Shown: positions 26,165-39,400 of the stretch, piece after piece | Numbering within the stretch: position 1 is the first letter of the stretch | Layout: each line of letters begins with the position of its first letter | Assembly: GCF_006345805.1 (NCBI RefSeq) | Contig: NC_043000.1 | Coordinates: 129,704,001 to 129,768,000, forward strand | Direction of reading: 5' to 3' | DNA length: 64,000 bases | From: Octopus sinensis | Lineage: Eukaryota | Notes under the pieces: generated by a model | Databases searched by the model: none | What the model saw: the letters and a program-made list of their open reading frames with translations, nothing else | What the model was told of the DNA's origin: nothing | Made by a program: the position numbers and the translations under genes

Positions 26165-26518
26165 GGAAAAAAGTCAAGATAGAAAATGCTAAATAATTTT
26201 ATAAAAGGCATTTCAGTACCGGTTTCAGTCATTGAAATTTTCAAGTTTAAGTATGGAAAACAATCAAATTTTAGAAAAATTAAAAAGCATTTTTTAAAAA
26301 GAATATTTGTATAGTGTTCAACTACAAGGGGCATTTTCCTTGTTTCTGCCTGTCTCTGTCTCTCTTGTTTACTCTTGTGTTTACAAGAGTAAATATGAGA
26401 GAAAACAATTTAGTTGTTTTCCATACTTAAAGTTGAAAAAGTCTCAATGACTGAAACCGATAATGAAATGTTTTTTTATAAAATTATTTTAGCATTTTCT
26501 ATCTTGACTTTTTTTTCC
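26165..26518. mobile_element. Foldback/MITE with ~110-bp inverted arms and an inner hairpin
   Basis: 26165-26270 matches the reverse complement of 26407-26518. Inner stem tttactcttgt/acaagagtaaa lies within 26359-26402. Confidence 0.85.
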
Positions 26519-26564
26519 TACACACACACCCACACACATACATACATATATATATTTATATTAT

Positions 26565-26598
<34 letters not shown>

Positions 26599-27616
26599 GT
26601 AATGTGCGTAAGTATAATCTTTAAAATGTTATGTGACCTTGATATATATTCAGGTGACAAAGAGAACGTAAATATCGACGGTGTAATGTTCATAAACTTG
26701 CTTCCTCGTAAAAGATTTATGCTAAGTTATTCCTAATGTATTTACTCGCTTATAATCCGTAGAGAGGGAAAGTATTTAGCCAAAATCAAATTCTAAACGT
26801 ATAACAAAGTAACAAACATCATAGAATATTGAGCTAAAGGATTAAAAAATGGATACTTATAAATCCTGTTATTTCACCAGCTGCTGTGGATTAGCCCAGA
26901 AAACTTTGAACTGTTTCTATATATAGGATACAAATATCAAAAGAAATAAGGAAAAGAAAGATAAAATGATAGGGAAAAGAAATAAAATGGAATCCTTATT
27001 GCAAAAGAAAATGACAGTCGAGTGAGAATGAAGCAAACGAAAGAAGTGAAAGGAATAGATTGTCGGATGAAATGCAGTGAAGAGTAAACTGGATGATAGA
27101 TTAATATATAAAGAAAAAGTGAAATAGCTTTGATAAATCATTGTAACATGCTGAAATATTATCCTCGAAATACGAGGAGATAAAACGAAATAAAGGAGAA
27201 TAGAGAGAAGTGACAAAGGAGAGAGATTTGGTTATCTGAATTGTTTAGAACACCAATAAAACATACAGTCGAAAACTTCCCAAGTGTTTGGTGAATAACT
27301 ATTCTAATACTATTGACGATATACGAAGTGATTTATCAGGATTTAAATACCCAATAGGCAATGAGAAATATGAAAGCATATTGTATTCTGATTGTTAGCA
27401 TCCTTTGGATTATTTATCAACTTGATAAATTATTTCTGAATAGTTATTCTTGTAATTCTGATTTATGTGATTGAAAGTAAAAATATAAATTATTTTGATG
27501 TACATTCGTCTATGACTGTGCTAAAGAAGAAAAAAAGAAAGACTAAAAGCATTCATCACTTTCTTTCAGTATTCTTTCAAGTTGGAAGGTAATAAATGGC
27601 ACAAGGAGTGGACGAG

Positions 27617-27628
27617 ATAGATAGATAA

Positions 27629-27680
<52 letters not shown>
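27617..27680. repeat. (GATA)n microsatellite
   Basis: Direct inspection. Confidence 0.95.
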
Positions 27681-27681
<1 letters not shown>

Positions 27682-28134
27682 GATAGAGAAAGATAGAGAG
27701 AGAGTGGAGAGAAGTTCAACTCTCAGGTATATGGTACGAAACATAAGTGTGAGTGATTGATCAAACGTGGGCGTATTCATCAAAGAGAGTGAGAAAGAAG
27801 AAAGGCGTGAGAGAAAGCATTTACTCAGAATGCAAGGTGATTATTGTCATACTTGATATACCACAAGTCTCATCACTTCTCTTGAGAAATCTCTTTATGA
27901 CTTTCTAAATCATTAATTTAAATGGTTTTACATTGCATACTTATAACGCACACGTTCACGCGCATACATAATCATACACTTATATTAGCAGGTGAGACGC
28001 ACGTGAACCGTGACAGTCCAATGTTAGTCCACCTAAGCGAGATAGTTAATCACTGATAATACACAGTATTCTTAGAATATTCTCATCCGTTTTATAAACT
28101 TCAGGAGTTTTATTAATTTTGGGAAAAGGAAATG

Positions 28135-29494
28135 GTCAGATAAATTATTTCCTTTTCATGGATGGTATAGAAGTTTATGAGAAAAATGAGAAACAGCTTG
28201 GAAGCCTTGTACAATACATACTATCCGCAATTTCACAAATGACGAAGGTATGGAATTTAGGATAGAAAAGTGCCCTATATTGAAAATGAAACGAGGAAGA
28301 TTTGAAAGAAGCCAGGGAATTGAAATGCCAAATGGGAGCGGTTGAGAAAGGACAGTAATATAGGTACTTGGGAAATCTGGAATCAGACGAGATAAAAAAA
28401 TGAAGAAATGAAACAAATTACCAGTGGGGAATACACAAGGAGAGTAAGAAAGTTATTGCAGTCAAAACTGAATTCCAAAAGTCTTATTGGAGCAATAAAT
28501 TCATGTGTAGTACCCTTAATCAAATATGGAGTTGGAATTATAGACTGGACCAAAAACGATATGAAGAAACTTGTCAGGAAAACTAGAAAGTTGTTGACGA
28601 TGTATGGAGCGCACCATCCGAAAGCTGATATCAACAGGCTGTAGTTGGAAGAGGCTTAATAACAGTAGGATAATGTGTACAAATAGAAAGAAAAAGTCTA
28701 GTAGAGTATTTGCAGAGCAGCACAGGAAAACTACTAAAGATAGTTAATAAAGAACAGGTGACGAAATGCGTAATAGGAAAAAAGGACAAGAATGAAATAC
28801 AAAGAGATCACGTCAGACAGATCGAAGAGAAAGCGCTGCATGGCCAGTTTTGGGGAGCCACTGAAGACATATGTAGAACAAAATCCTGGGCTTGGTTGAA
28901 AAGGAAAAGAAACAAACAACTTGAGAAAATATATATATGGTGAGAATGTATCAGAAAAATGTAGAGCCTGTGGAACTTGGAACGAGTCAGTGGTACGCCT
29001 TGTGATAGAATGCCCCAAGTTGGCACAGAAAGAATATAAGAAATGGAAGTAATCCAAGTTGTAAAAGTTTTACACTAGAAACTGTGCCAAAAATGAGGAT
29101 TCGAAACTGGAAACACATGGTATAATCATCGAGTCGAAAGAGTATTGGAGTCGGAGAAATGTAAGATTTTCTGGGACTTTCCAATTCAAACGGACAAAAA
29201 GTTACAAAATAATACACCAGACATAACGATTATACATAAGGAAAAGCGAAGTTGTTTACTAATCGACCCATCATGCACGTTTGATTGTAGGATTGTAAAG
29301 AAAGAGGAAGAAAAAAGTACATTCCCTTAAAATTTGAAATAGGAAGTGCCTATATAATTGGTGCATCTGGGACAGAAAGCAAAGATATAGACAAATGGCT
29401 GAAAGAGACTGAAATAGAATGCCCGGTAGAGCTCCTACATAAAGTTTGTCTCTTAGGGACAGCAAGGATTACCAGGAGGGTTCTAAGAACTTGA
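28135..29494 (+). mobile_element. R4/Dong-clade non-LTR retrotransposon relic (RT end, CCHC knuckle, restriction-like endonuclease)
   Basis: FMDG at 28155-28166 (decayed FMDD), IEKC, HHPKADINRL, LHGQFW, CRACG..ESV..LVIECPKLA, WDFPIQTD..LQNNTPDITII..K...LLID, LLGTARITRRVLRT*. Many stops and frameshifts. Confidence 0.85.
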
Positions 29495-29518
29495 AAGACT
29501 GCTGAAAATTTGTGGAAG

Positions 29519-29933
29519 TTGGAGCACCGCTTTAAAGGGTGTTAGTCGAAGAAATTGACCCCAGGATTTATTGTTTGCAAGCCTAGTACTTATTCTATCG
29601 GTGTCTTTTGCCGAACCGCTAAAATACGGGGGACATAAACACACCAGCCTCGGTTGTCAAGTAATGGCGGGTGTGGGGACAAACACAGACAGACACACAT
29701 ATACACACATAGACACACATATACACACACAAATATATACATATAATACATACATACATACATATACACCCAAATATATACATATAATACATACATACAT
29801 ACATATACACACACAAATATGTACATATACTTCATACATACATATACACACACAAATATGTACATATAATACATACATACATATACACACACAAATCTAT
29901 ACATATAATACATACATACATACATATAATACA

Positions 29934-29971
<38 letters not shown>

Positions 29972-30279
29972 TCTAATATAGGATAAAATTTTCCTAAAAA
30001 TGTCATCAGTGGCCAGCATATAGTTGCGTATAGTGATGAATTATATGATGATTCAAATTCTATTCTCGGCATATTTGGCATAGAAAATTCTTCCTTTTGC
30101 CCTTATTTATAAATACACGCGACGGGCTTCTTCAAGTTTCCGTCTACCAAATCCACTCAAAGTCTTTGGTCGGCGTGAAGCTATGGTAGAAGACACTTGC
30201 CCAAGGTGCCATGCAGTGGGACTGAACCCAGAATCATGTGGTTGGGAAGCAAAGATCTTACCACACAGCCACACCTGCG
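29519..30279 (-). mobile_element. SINE family B with expanded internal minisatellite
   Basis: 3' part 29519-29700 and head 30115-30279, separated by ~40-bp CA/TA units and an unrelated ~140-bp insert. Confidence 0.85.
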
Positions 30280-30589
30280 TAGAGATATTATCATAGCATG
30301 TAATGGCTTTTGCGAACTTAGATAAGAATATGTAATAAATGGTAGAAAAATACAATTAGAAAGCAAAAATTAGAGATGAAAGAAAACAAACTATTTCATG
30401 AAGTATTTGAAAGACATGAAGCATCTTAAGATGAAGAATGTTAAGATGAATGAGTTCACTTTATGAAGAGACTGTGAAAGAGAAATGGAGACCTTTTTGG
30501 CAGTTGTCCAACATCACATACTAAATGTAAACTACGCTACTCTAATAAATGCTGACGAGAAAAGTTAAATGTAAGTCACTGATTGCAAA

Positions 30590-31415
30590 ATGGCAGCCTA
30601 AACGGATGTCGAACTACCATGACAAAATCTCTTCGAAGGTGTCCTGCAGGAGATAAAAAAGACGAGAAGTATCAATGTGAATATTTCCATTCCATAAATT
30701 GAGCCTTTAAGTGCACACTTCAGAGGGGCAATACCAACTTCCTTTCTTTGAACAGGAAAAAAAAGAAGCCTGAAACACGCATCACTTATACCAAGAAAAT
30801 ACCACCACACTATACATGAATGACAGTCAGCTAAAAGCTTTACAGTCGCTTCAAATTCTGGCCCTCACTATCAACAAGGATTTCTCCTGCTGAAAGTATA
30901 TCCTTAGCTTAGGTAGGATCGCATCACAGAGACTGGTCCTTTTCTTCAGAGCCAGAAAATATGTCAGCTCCAGCAATTGTTGACATTCATAAAACTGAAG
31001 GGAAGCCCACAATAAAGAACTGGGACAGTGCTGCTGCTACGCATACAGACGTCATAGACCCGAATCAAGAAGAGGGGTGCTCGATAGATCGGCATTCAGT
31101 TACTAACAAATATTTCGGCTTCTGGTCCACTAGCATAGTGTCTCCTTGCTCATTCTTTATTTTCACTGCTGTAATAGTCTTTGTTCCTCGTGTCTGGCTG
31201 GTCGAGTATGTTCACCAATCAGGCTCCACCGACAGTTCCTATGCCTACCTGTCTTCAACATGTTACGTACCAATCTCCGGTTTCGGCTCTAAGAGCTATA
31301 ACCAATACTTCCATTTCAGAAAATCCAGACAAGGAAGTGTCTTTTAGAGATCTTTGACGAGGTAGACAAAGCAACCGAATATTCATCAAATTACATGTTT
31401 CTCAATTAAAAAACA
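30590..31415 (+). mobile_element. Old CR1/L2-group LINE 3' relic
   Basis: Broken translation LYMNDSQL..LQILALTINKDFS..KYILSLGRIASQRLVLFFRARKY.. resembles the post-RT region of CR1-group ORF2. Confidence 0.6.
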
Positions 31416-31966
31416 AACAAACAAACAAAAACAATACATTGGCTGTACTAGTCTTTGGACCATTATGTTTGACATTGTAGAAACACAGTTATAATTACGA
31501 TTATAACGCTCTTGATTATAGATTATTTGATCGGAACTTACCTGGATCTAAGTAAAAATAACATGAAATGATGTTCCAGAGGAAGAATATATAATTCTGA
31601 TGATGTATATAGTATTACACAGCAATTTCATCCATTTTTGACAATCGATTTCCACTGTGTATATTCGTTTCGACTTCTTTTCACAGCCCCCATAAACCAG
31701 ATGACATTTTTCTCCTTTAATAACAGAGGGATCACTATATTTTTCCACACCTGCCATCTCTGAAGAGCACGTTATATTACTTAACCGTGCTGTTATCTAA
31801 TATCTGGTTGTCAAACACCCAGTGCAAAACTGATTGGTTAGATCGGCTGAAATGGATCTATAATACTTCATACTTTGACTAATACACCCATTCTACTGAC
31901 AAATATACAAGTGCATATCATTTCTGACTTATGGATTCTTAGATTATATATACATATGTGTGTGCG

Positions 31967-31967
<1 letters not shown>

Positions 31968-32050
<83 letters not shown>

Positions 32051-32067
32051 GTATGTATATATATATG

Positions 32068-32149
<82 letters not shown>

Positions 32150-32160
32150 CATACATATAT
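31968..32160. repeat. (TA)n microsatellite array
   Basis: Direct inspection. Similar arrays at 765-992, 23175-23250, 32975-33225 and 52140-52200. Confidence 0.95.
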
Positions 32161-32984
32161 ATGCCTTATAGGTATTTCAGCGTGCAATGAAGTGAAGCTT
32201 TAAGCAAACCTATGAAATATTTTGTAAACAAACGTACATACATTTACTTTAGATATATGAAGATTCTCAACAGAGCAGGGCAATGTGAAAATAATTAAAG
32301 CCGACAAATAATTAACAAAAGAATAGAGCGCTGTATGTACCTATGTTATATAAACCTCGCAGTATCAACAAGAGATTTTAACTAGTGCTTCGGTATTTCA
32401 TCGATGTTTGATGCTTTTCAGTTAGGAGATGTTTTTAAAGTCGAAATAAATTCTTCGGTTGATATTAATTTCCGGATTAACTTTCTTTTTTTCTCTCGCC
32501 ATACGTTTTTCTCTCTTTTATCTTCGTGTATAATTATTTGCCATCTTTCTATTTCTCCTATAATTTCTTCTTCGCGAAATTCTTGCATTTCCTCTCCTTC
32601 CCCATCACATGTTTAGTTTTCTTGGTGTTTCCACGAATAATAATTTAATTTGGTTTTGGTCTAGTTCATTCGAGGTATGTTTGATATTAATATCAAAAAG
32701 CATTTGCGCTTTGCAAACGAAAAATAAAAACACTGATAAACCTACGAAGAATGAGCAATCATCACAGAAATCTTTCAGATATTACAACATAACAAATAAT
32801 CTGTGAAGAGATATATGAGAGGCGCTAGTCATGACACTTCACATAACTCATATACTTTATCATATTTTTATCATTAGCGTTAGAGGAACAAAGGCATCGC
32901 GTACAAGATATAAGAGGGGAACCTGAAGAACACAGATGGCGAGTTTACGTAAATACATATACACATACCAACTTGAATATATAT

Positions 32985-33037
<53 letters not shown>

Positions 33038-33042
33038 GTATG

Positions 33043-33085
<43 letters not shown>

Positions 33086-33176
33086 CATATGTATGTATGT
33101 ATATATATATATTATATATTATATATATATATATATATACATATGTATGTATGTATATATATATATATATATATAT

Positions 33177-33215
<39 letters not shown>

Positions 33216-33463
33216 ATATATTGTATATATAGCCAGCTGGAGTAGATATCTTCCTGGGACTATAAACAACAGTAGCATCGGCCCCTATGGGTCTGCCACA
33301 TTTAGGTGGCAAATATACTTCACGATTCCGTGCTGCTACTGTTTACTTCTCGGGTTCAGAAGTTTATTATCGTATGTACACACACACACACACATGAACA
33401 GCGACAGAAGGTCATGCTCGCTTGCGAGTGACGGTTAAGCTTTACACACACAACACACACACA

Positions 33464-33519
<56 letters not shown>

Positions 33520-33737
33520 GACCGGCAAAATCGGGTCAAACATGCTTCCAGAGCTTGACTTCTGGAATGAAAACATTTGGGCACAACGGAACAGGTCTCC
33601 AGGCGATTTTTGATACAAAAAGCCATACGATCAAATTTGCCATACTTACATATTATTGATCTATATATTGTTCATAAGGTATATTCTCTCGTGGATAGGT
33701 ATGCTCATGCAAAAATACATCCTCCATAGGAAATATT

Positions 33738-33968
33738 GGTTATCAGGCGATGGTGAGGGACGAACACAGACACACAAATACACACACACACACACACAGA
33801 CATATACGACGGGCTTCTTTCAGGTTCCGTCCACCAAATCCACTCAAGGCTTTGGTCGGCCCGAGGCTATAGTAGAAGGTACTTGCCCAAGGTTTCATGC
33901 AGTGGGATTGAACCCGGAACCATGTGCTTGGGAAGCACGGTTCTTACCACACACCCGCTCCTACGCCT
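33738..33968 (-). mobile_element. SINE family B, 3'-truncated
   Basis: Head, CORE-like part and (CA)n tract homologous to the other family B copies. Confidence 0.8.
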
Positions 33969-34187
33969 ACAATATTATAATATGAATACAAATAGCCACA
34001 CCAGTAACATTAAAAAGCCCCGGTAAATATTTACACTAACATAATCTCTCAATCCTAAATTCTAAAAACATGGATTTCAAAATTTCATAACAAAAATTTA
34101 ATAACACCGAAAGTAGTTCAGCCTCAGTCCAACCTCTGTTGTGTTATCAACTCATTTATCTAGAAATGATATTTTATGAACGTATAA

Positions 34188-34700
34188 GGCGGCGAGTTGG
34201 CAGAAACGTTAGCACGCCGGGCGAAATGCGTAGCCATATTTCGTCTGCCGTTACGCTCTGAGTTCAAATTCCGCCGAGGTCGACTTTGCCTTTCATCCTT
34301 TCGGGGTCGATAAATTAAGTTCCAGTTACGCACTGGGATCGATGCAATCTACTTAATCCTTTGTCTGTCCTTGTTTGTCCTCTCTGTGTTTAGTCCCTTG
34401 TGGGTAGTAAACAAATAGGTATTTCGTCTGCTGTTACGTTGTGAGTTCAAATTCCGCCGAGGTCGACTTTGCCTTTCATCCTTTCGGGGTCGATTAATTA
34501 AGTACCAGTTACGCACTGGGATCGATATAATCGACTTAATCCGTTTGTCTGTCCTTGTTTGTCCTCTCTGTGTTTAGCCCCTTGTGGGTAGTAAAGAAAT
34601 AGGTATTTCGTCTGTCTTCGTGTTTTGAGTACAAATTTACTTTCCATCCTTTCGGGGTCGATAAAATAAATACCAATTGAGCGCTGGGATCGATACAATC
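34188..34700 (+). mobile_element. SINE family A (head + two ~184-bp units + partial third)
   Basis: Unit starts tatttcgtctg at 34237, 34420 and 34604. Confidence 0.9.
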
Positions 34701-35090
34701 GATTACCCCTCCTCCCTAAATTTTTGACCTTCTTCCAAAATTTGAAATCAATATTTTAGGAACTCTAAAGCACAATATAATAAACTTTACCAAGAATATC
34801 GTGACCTGAATTTGACAAACATATTTACACACTTCTACGCTTGATTGAACCCTAAAGAATAACAGAAATCACACTGCAAACCGAATAAATCTTTTCACCA
34901 CAACTTTCAATCAACTAAAACCCTAAAAATGCACGCTCTTCCTCTATCCTCATTTATCAACTCTTATAACACCTCTCCATTCCATGTCTAACTACACCTG
35001 AACTATTTAGGACTTCACATACTTCTACCTACACAAAATTACAACTTTTCAAAGGTTATATAACACCAAAAATTAATATATATATATATG

Positions 35091-35385
35091 GTGGAGGCGC
35101 AATGGCCCAGTGGTTAGGGCAGCGGACTCGCGGTCGTAGGATCGCGGTTTCGATTCCCAGACCGGGCGTTGTGAGTGTTTATTGAGCGAAAACACCCAAA
35201 GCTCCACTAGGCTCCGGCAGGGAGTGGTGGCGATCCCTGCTGTACTCTTTCGCCACAACTTTCTCTCACTCTTTCTTCTGTTTGCTTAGCCAGCGGGGTG
35301 GCGTCATTTGAAGGCTAAAACAATGCGAAGCGCATTGTGACCAGCGATGTGTAGCAACATCTGATAACCTGGTCGGTCATGTGAT
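35091..35385 (+). mobile_element. tRNA-derived SINE family C, full length
   Basis: A box tggcccagtggttagg, B box ggtttcgattccc, with (TA)n on both sides. Confidence 0.9.
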
Positions 35386-35406
35386 ATATATATATGGGGT
35401 TGGGAC

Positions 35407-35444
<38 letters not shown>

Positions 35445-35837
35445 TACGTGGCTTGATGGTTTCGTTTCCTGGACATGGAGATATGTTGCTCCAGTCCAGT
35501 CAACTGGCAAAAATAAACGCTCCTACGACGACTTGCATCCATCCAGTGGTGGGGAATATATACTCTTAAAACCCGGTAAAAATGTCTCTTGATCCTTTTT
35601 TAATTATATATAATCAGTGTATCATATATCCGAAAAGGATGCACACTCTAAAGCATACAGTAGTAATGTATATTTATAAGCAGTTAAGTCTATGTCCGGT
35701 CATAGAGTAACCAATGATCTCGCATGCATAAAGAACTTAGCCGACGACTTGTCAGACTCTAGAGCCGAAGGTATATAATTCTTCAATTCTGGAAGGTAGG
35801 GATCCGTTATGGTCAGTTAGTCAGTAAGTAACCAGGA

Positions 35838-36245
35838 AATAAACAATCCGGGTCGGCGAGGACGGGTTATCTCCCTTAGACCAGTCCATGTGGGTCAAAA
35901 AGAAGAGAATAGAGGTTTTTACCCTTAGCTTGCTTTAGCTCGTAAGGACTTTTTTTTTATCTAATCAATGAATGGGGAAACCCATGCTTGCAGCAGGTAG
36001 CGTTTGTAACATATGCAGGGTCTGTAAATTTCTTGCCGTGAATTCAATAATCTTGATTACTAGGAGTCTTTGAGGATCCTTGCTCGCTCAGCTATGCAAA
36101 ACTTGCAGCGTCCGATCCCGTTAATATAGAATTCCGGCCGCTCTATGAGCAACTTAAGGGCGAAGTTCCCTTTTCTTCTCTTTTTTGACCCGTATGGAAT
36201 GGTCTAAAGGAGGTGACCCGTCCTCATCGACACTGATTGTGATTT
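35838..36245. repeat. Long imperfect inverted repeat (~90-bp arms, ~210-bp spacer)
   Basis: tcggcgaggacgggttatctcccttagaccagtccatgtgggtcaaaaag pairs with ctttttt gacccgtatggaatggtctaaaggaggtgacccgtcctcatcga. Confidence 0.75.
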
Positions 36246-36322
36246 GTTTTAATCATTATATAATAATTTTTCCAAGCAATAATAAATCTCTGAACGTGAT
36301 GTAAACAGTAACTGCTCGACAA

Positions 36323-36534
36323 CGTAAAGTATACTAGCTATCTCAATATGGCTAACCACTAAGGGTGGGTGATACTGTAGCTTTTAGTCCCAGGAGATCA
36401 TCTGCTAATCTCCCCTTAGGGGCACAGAAAGTGTGCCTAAAGCCAGCTGGAGACGATGATCTCCTGGGGCTAAAAGCTACAGTAACACCCACCCTTAGTG
36501 GTTAGCCATATTGAGATGGCTAGTATACTTTACG
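36323..36534. mobile_element. Hairpin element / MITE, 80-bp arms with 3 differences
   Basis: 36323-36402 is the reverse complement of 36455-36534. Inner stem ggcaca/tgtgcc. Confidence 0.9.
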
Positions 36535-37576
36535 GAATAATTTTTCCGTTCTGTGAAAAATACACTATTTTATCTAGCTGGAATTTGGAAATTCTTCAAG
36601 AAATATCAATTGAAGCAACCCATACCGATTGAAGTGTTTGCGAGAATTTCGATATTTTAATCAACATTGCCAAAGTTAATACCAAGGTATATTTGTTACG
36701 AAATGCAAAAATTATAGTTTATGAAGCCATTATTAAATTGCAACTACTATTTAAACTTCTGATATATTCCGAGAGTGTAGTGGTGAGGCGTGTTTCTGAG
36801 TGTTCGAATATTTACAACTTGGTGAGAGAATCTTCTCGATGAGATTATCAGTTAGCTCCCAATATATTTTTCTGTTACTATCATTTTCAAGGTTGAGGTT
36901 GATAAATTAATGCTTTAGAATGATACCATTAAAAATACAAATATCAGGGTTATTGCAATTACGTAGAAGATAAGAGTTTTGCTTCGCCAGAGAGGAAAAT
37001 TTTCTTCTGTACACGCTGGCTATAGAAGCTATGGAAGCAACAATTTTTAGTGCAACTGTAGTTTACCTTGACGTTATTGCTGTTAATGATCTTATGATAT
37101 CTATGATCGGGAATATGGGAAAATGCTCATTTATAAGATTTAAACAACATAGGGGATTATACACTATAGTATTTCGTCTTCTATTTTTGTGTTTGTGAGC
37201 ATTAAAGTTGTTCTGAATTCTATCTTTGAAGCAAATATCTTTCATCGCATCATTTATCAAAGAAATGAACGGTTACAGGATTTCTAGTTGGAAGTAAACC
37301 TGGATATGCGTTTCCTTATATTATTATCTAAGCTTTTTACGCTTTCAGTGACTGGTGAAGGGTAGATGAAAATTTGTTTATTAATACTTCAAGGATTGCA
37401 TACTTTTTCTTTGTTAGCACAAACGTTCGACAAACCATATATATATATATATATTGAATTTACAAATGGCAGAAAAAAGTACTGTATAGATATATAGATT
37501 TTATATATATTTTATATATTTATTCAAAGCAAATATTTTCTTTTGGAGTTGTAATGTATTCACCCTCCTCCCTCAC

Positions 37577-37607
<31 letters not shown>

Positions 37608-39019
37608 TGTTTGTATGTATGCCTATGCATAATATGGATAGCAGCGATTTAGAGATTTTGAGGAAGTCATAGAAAAGGTACGGGAGAGAGTAGTAGATGC
37701 GCTTTTAAAGAGAGAGAGAGAGAGGGAAGGAGAGAGAGAGAAAGAGAGAAACTGAATTTTAAGGAAAGTTCTGAAAAGAAAAATGAAGTAAGTAGTAGAT
37801 AATGTGTACGGTAGTGTTAATGTGTACGGTGGTGTTAATAGGAGATAGTAATTGAGAATTAGAGAGAGAAATATACAGAAAGAGAGTGAAATAGGTAGAC
37901 GGATGGATGGGTGGATGGGTGGATAGATAGATAAATAGATAGAGAGACAGATATTGAAACAAGTAATTTTCAGATAATTAACATGAGACAGACACAAATA
38001 TATTGAGAGAGTGCAGGAGAGAAAGTACTGGATAAGATAATATGAATTTAAAGAAAATATTGATGAACTGAAGTATTTACTGAAAGAGGAAAAACTGAAT
38101 AACGCTTGTATAGAACAAAAGTACATAGAGAGAGAGGGAGAGAGACAGAGAAAGACAAAGAGCGAGAGAGGCGTGAAAGATTCTGAGAGAGAAAAAGAGA
38201 AAAACTAAGTGGAGAGAGGAAAAGAAAACGAAATATATCTTGAAAATGGAGACAAGGAGAAAGATTTGATAAACAGGAGGAAACGTAATAAAGTGTGTGT
38301 ATTTATGGGTGCGCGCGCGTGTGAGAGAGGTAAAAAGAGAAATTGAAAGAATCGAAAATAAATCGGTGGCGAATGATTTTTTTCTGTTCGTTTATTCATT
38401 CGGAGTTCGCCGTTTTGTGTTAGTTTTAATTGCGTTATTCAGTTGTTGCTAAATTAGAGGTGGCTATTTCATTCTGTCAACTAGGAAGTCTAAATAGCTA
38501 TAAGTAACAAAGCGTTTTATCGACGCTACTCCATTTCCTTCTCTCACTAATGATGCCTTTAGTCACGAGTTGTTGATGTCTATTAAAGAACAGACGATAA
38601 ATGCTGTCCACTTTGAGACAACGTTGCTATTGTTGTTTAACCCTTGGATAAAACCTGATCTATGTTCAAAGGTGGTCCAGCCGTGAGCCCAATATTCTCT
38701 TCTTGGGGATTTCAAGACTGCATTATTCAATGTGAATTCTTTTTGGTGGAGTAATTGTTTTGTTATTTATTATTGTTATTGTCATTACTATTGTTGTTTG
38801 ACCCCCAACACCGCTGGAATTGAGGAAATGCATAAAGAAAGGCGGTTCCAGTTATAACCATCCCATCTTTTTATATATCAGCGGCAATACAGTTCAAAGT
38901 GTTTTACATTGTTTTTGTAAATGTGGGTTGTAATTAACACAGAACTGAACTTGTGCTAACTAAAAATGTGATAGGCGCATTTTATCACTCATCTCATATC
39001 ATCTTCGACCACTTAATCC

Positions 39020-39400
39020 TGGGAGGATTGTGGGGTCAGAGTCCTCGCGCACACATTTCATCGGGTCCTGTCAGAGGCAGCTCTCTAAAATTGATCCGAC
39101 TGAATGTCTAAGCGAGACTAACCGAGGCCATGAATGTTATCCAATCATGCTCCTTGTTGTCTACCCCTGGATCTTCTGCCAGTTGGTTTTGACCGTAAAA
39201 TCTGTCCAGCGAGTCTTCCCAAGACATTCTTACCACACATCCTTAGTATCGGATTTGTGATCTCTCACTTCGGAGAATTAGCAACTCTGATCTCCAAGCT
39301 TGCACATCTTATCACTCATTTCGTGAAAATACAAGTATCTTACAAGATGCCGAATCCCAAAAGGCATTTGGTAACTGGGTCACTGCTGAAAACTTCATAT
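39020..39400 (-). mobile_element. RTE-clade LINE 3' relic
   Basis: Minus translation includes GRLAGQILRSKPTGRRSRGRQQGA*LDNIH..SRLDIQ...AASDRTR*. GAT-rich tail toward 39000. Confidence 0.65.
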
